Shown: positions 18,324 to 20,000 of the stretch, piece by piece
Layout: each line of letters begins with the position of its first letter
Numbering within the stretch: position 1 is the first letter of the stretch
Sequence record: SRR31156797_2189
Strand: one strand, 5' to 3'
Length of the DNA: 20,000 nt
The notes under the pieces: model-generated
What the model saw: only the letters and a program-made list of their open reading frames with translations
The model's database searches: none
What the model was told of the DNA's origin: nothing
Made by a program: the position numbers and the translations under genes

Positions 18324-18756
18324 TAGAGGCGGCCGTGGGAACGGTTATATAGGGTTTGTGTTGTAAATATGCCACCCATTTGACCAGATCATTAATAACA
18401 CCGCTGCCCACAGCGATATACAAATCCGCCAAAGAAGCATTCTCCATGAGATAGTCTTTGGTCTTATCATCTGCTGCCGGCTCCTCACCATCCTTATCAG
18501 GAACTATAAAATGTGCAACCTGCCGCCCGGATGCTGCAAGTTGCCCGGCTACCTGTTCTCCAGCTTTTTTCCAGGTGCGCTGATCAGCAACAATCAAGTA
18601 CTGTTGTCCGTTCGTTATATCTGCGGCTGTTTGCACTAGCGTTGCAAAAGCATCGCGGCTGTAGAGTAATTTCTCTGTTGGTATATGGTGACGCTTGCCG
18701 CAAGCGCAATCAAAGGTGGTCCCCAATAAAGTCGTTAAGTCCATAATACTTCCCAT
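18295..18756 (-). pseudogene. egsA: Truncated sn-glycerol-1-phosphate dehydrogenase (AraM/EgsA family), N-terminal ~144 aa only
   Basis: CACGKRH, LIVADQRT, IAVGSGVINDLVK and YITVPTAAS motifs. The sequence breaks inside the conserved PTAASxxG motif and stops 9 codons later; full-length family members are roughly 350-450 aa. Confidence 0.82.
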
Positions 18757-18960
18757 ACCGTAGTGATAAAGTTATCGGGAGGAAAACAACAATCGTTCCC
18801 TTCAGCCTTCACCTTAATCGACATCTAAAAATTACGCCCCATTTGCATAAAGCCGCCCCGCCAAAACAGATATCCTTTCTCAAAAATAGCCTGCCTCGAA
18901 ACTCCAGCTTTATGCTATACTGCTTTATAATGAGAAATTTTATGATTGTACGGAGAACTT

Positions 18961-19287
18961 ATGCAGCTTCACAAGAAATACCTTCTTTGCTTTTCCGCCC
19001 TGCTCACTCTTTCCGGGTGCGGCAGTGAACCACCACCTTTTGAAACAATATACACCTCCCAAAACGATGTGATGGTCACTTATCAAGGTAAAAATTACCA
19101 TCTCAACCGTTTTCAAAGAACCGACGGTCTCCCTTTTCAATACAGGTTTGAAAACGATGGTGATCTTGACCTTATGGTCAACGGCAAAGAATACGAAATA
19201 GACAGCCCGTACGATAGAGACAAAAAGAAGACAACTAAAAAAACTGCAGTAAAAAAGAAAAAGCCCCAAAAAAAGACTAAAAACTAA
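18961..19287 (+). CDS. Small hypothetical lipoprotein with Lys-rich tail
   Basis: ATG 18961 with GGAG RBS; signal MQLHKKYLLCFSALLTLSG|C with LSGC lipobox; upstream TGcTATACT and TATAAT -10-like boxes (18913-18931). Confidence 0.85.
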   Translation: MQLHKKYLLCFSALLTLSGCGSEPPPFETIYTSQNDVMVTYQGKNYHLNRFQRTDGLPFQYRFENDGDLDLMVNGKEYEIDSPYDRDKKKTTKKTAVKKKKPQKKTKN

Positions 19288-19357
19288 CAACATCCTGCCT
19301 TTACCACCATCAGATACAGAAAAGAACTCACCTAAACTTTTTACAGGAATCTTAAAT

Positions 19358-19537
19358 ATGGAATTACATGAAAATCAAGCAGCGCTTGTGCTGACAATTG
19401 ATGACAAGGGAGAAATATCAGTTGACGTTGCAGCACAAGATAGCACCTCTTTACCGGCTGAAGTCTGTAGTGCTATTGCGATGAAGCTTATTGGTGATGA
19501 AAATTTCCAAGAAGAAATAATGGGAGCAATCAAGTAG
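19358..19537 (+). CDS. 59-aa acidic hypothetical protein (not in the ORF track)
   Basis: MELHENQAALVLTIDDKGEISVDVAAQDSTSLPAEVCSAIAMKLIGDENFQEEIMGAIK*; AGGA RBS; protein-like composition; followed by a terminator. Confidence 0.75.
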   Translation: MELHENQAALVLTIDDKGEISVDVAAQDSTSLPAEVCSAIAMKLIGDENFQEEIMGAIK

Positions 19538-19590
19538 TGCGACGACTTATCCGGGCTAAGAAGGAATCATGATCAAAACAGATCGATTGC

Positions 19591-19621
19591 AAAGGCAGGC
19601 CCTCTTGATTCTGCCTTTTTT
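19591..19621 (+). terminator. Rho-independent terminator
   Basis: AAAGGCAG-N12-CTGCCTTT ending in a T6 run, downstream of the two plus-strand genes. Confidence 0.65.
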
Positions 19622-20000
19622 ATATTGATGACATGGAGTATCCTCGGATACCGTGCCAGAGCCTCAGCAAGAGAGCGCCTTTTAATTTTGCTACCATTTC
19701 CTGATCGACACTTTTGTAAAAAACATCATTTACTGATGATCAGTAGACCTGACAAAGGGGTACAATCAAGACCTGTTGCAAAGAGTTTATACTATACATT
19801 GCCAATTACCGGTGAACAGCCGTAAGAAGTACGGCCTCGCCCAGCCCGAACATTTTTTGCGGCATCTTTACAATTGCTTGGCGAGATGCTAACACGGCAA
19901 CAGCTGTAAGATTGTATATTCCGCTGTTACCCAGCACGTACCCAAAAAAGGAAGCCCGCAGTGATCAGTCGAGTTATGATCAAAAGTGGTGTTTGAGGGA

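Noticed and set aside
19800-20000. Possible frameshifted membrane-protein remnant on the minus strand (LLIITRLITAGFLF / GYVLGNSG...)
   Set aside because: Too short, cut by the window edge, and without a recognisable motif.

Overview
Bacterial chromosomal window with no rRNA, tRNA, CRISPR array or IS seen. Gene content resembles a sulfate-reducing Desulfobacterota (Desulfobulbales-like) genome, which is an inference. Positions 1-13.1 kb hold one minus-strand type II secretion cluster in the order large surface protein, gspG-H-I-J-K, structured spacer, gspL-M-N-C-D-E (gspE runs off the left edge), with a candidate sigma-54 promoter upstream. The secretin GspD carries a fused C-terminal TPR pair and GspC has no PDZ domain. 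The first gene encodes a ~890-aa secreted protein with delta-60 propeller repeats, Ig/FN3 domains and a CFI-box-CTERM tail. It contains two copies of an internal signal-peptidase-like motif (F-x-V-x-x-A-V-A-A), each inside an insert that splits a folded domain, suggesting a processed, T2SS-displayed multi-chain surface protein. The rest is a MoeA-like molybdopterin-binding gene, a triply frameshifted alpha/beta hydrolase pseudogene, phnC-phnE-phnE with no intact phnD, an apparent deletion junction joining the 5' part of a glycerol-1-phosphate dehydrogenase gene to a probable phnD 3' tail, a small lipoprotein, and a 59-aa ORF absent from the supplied track.
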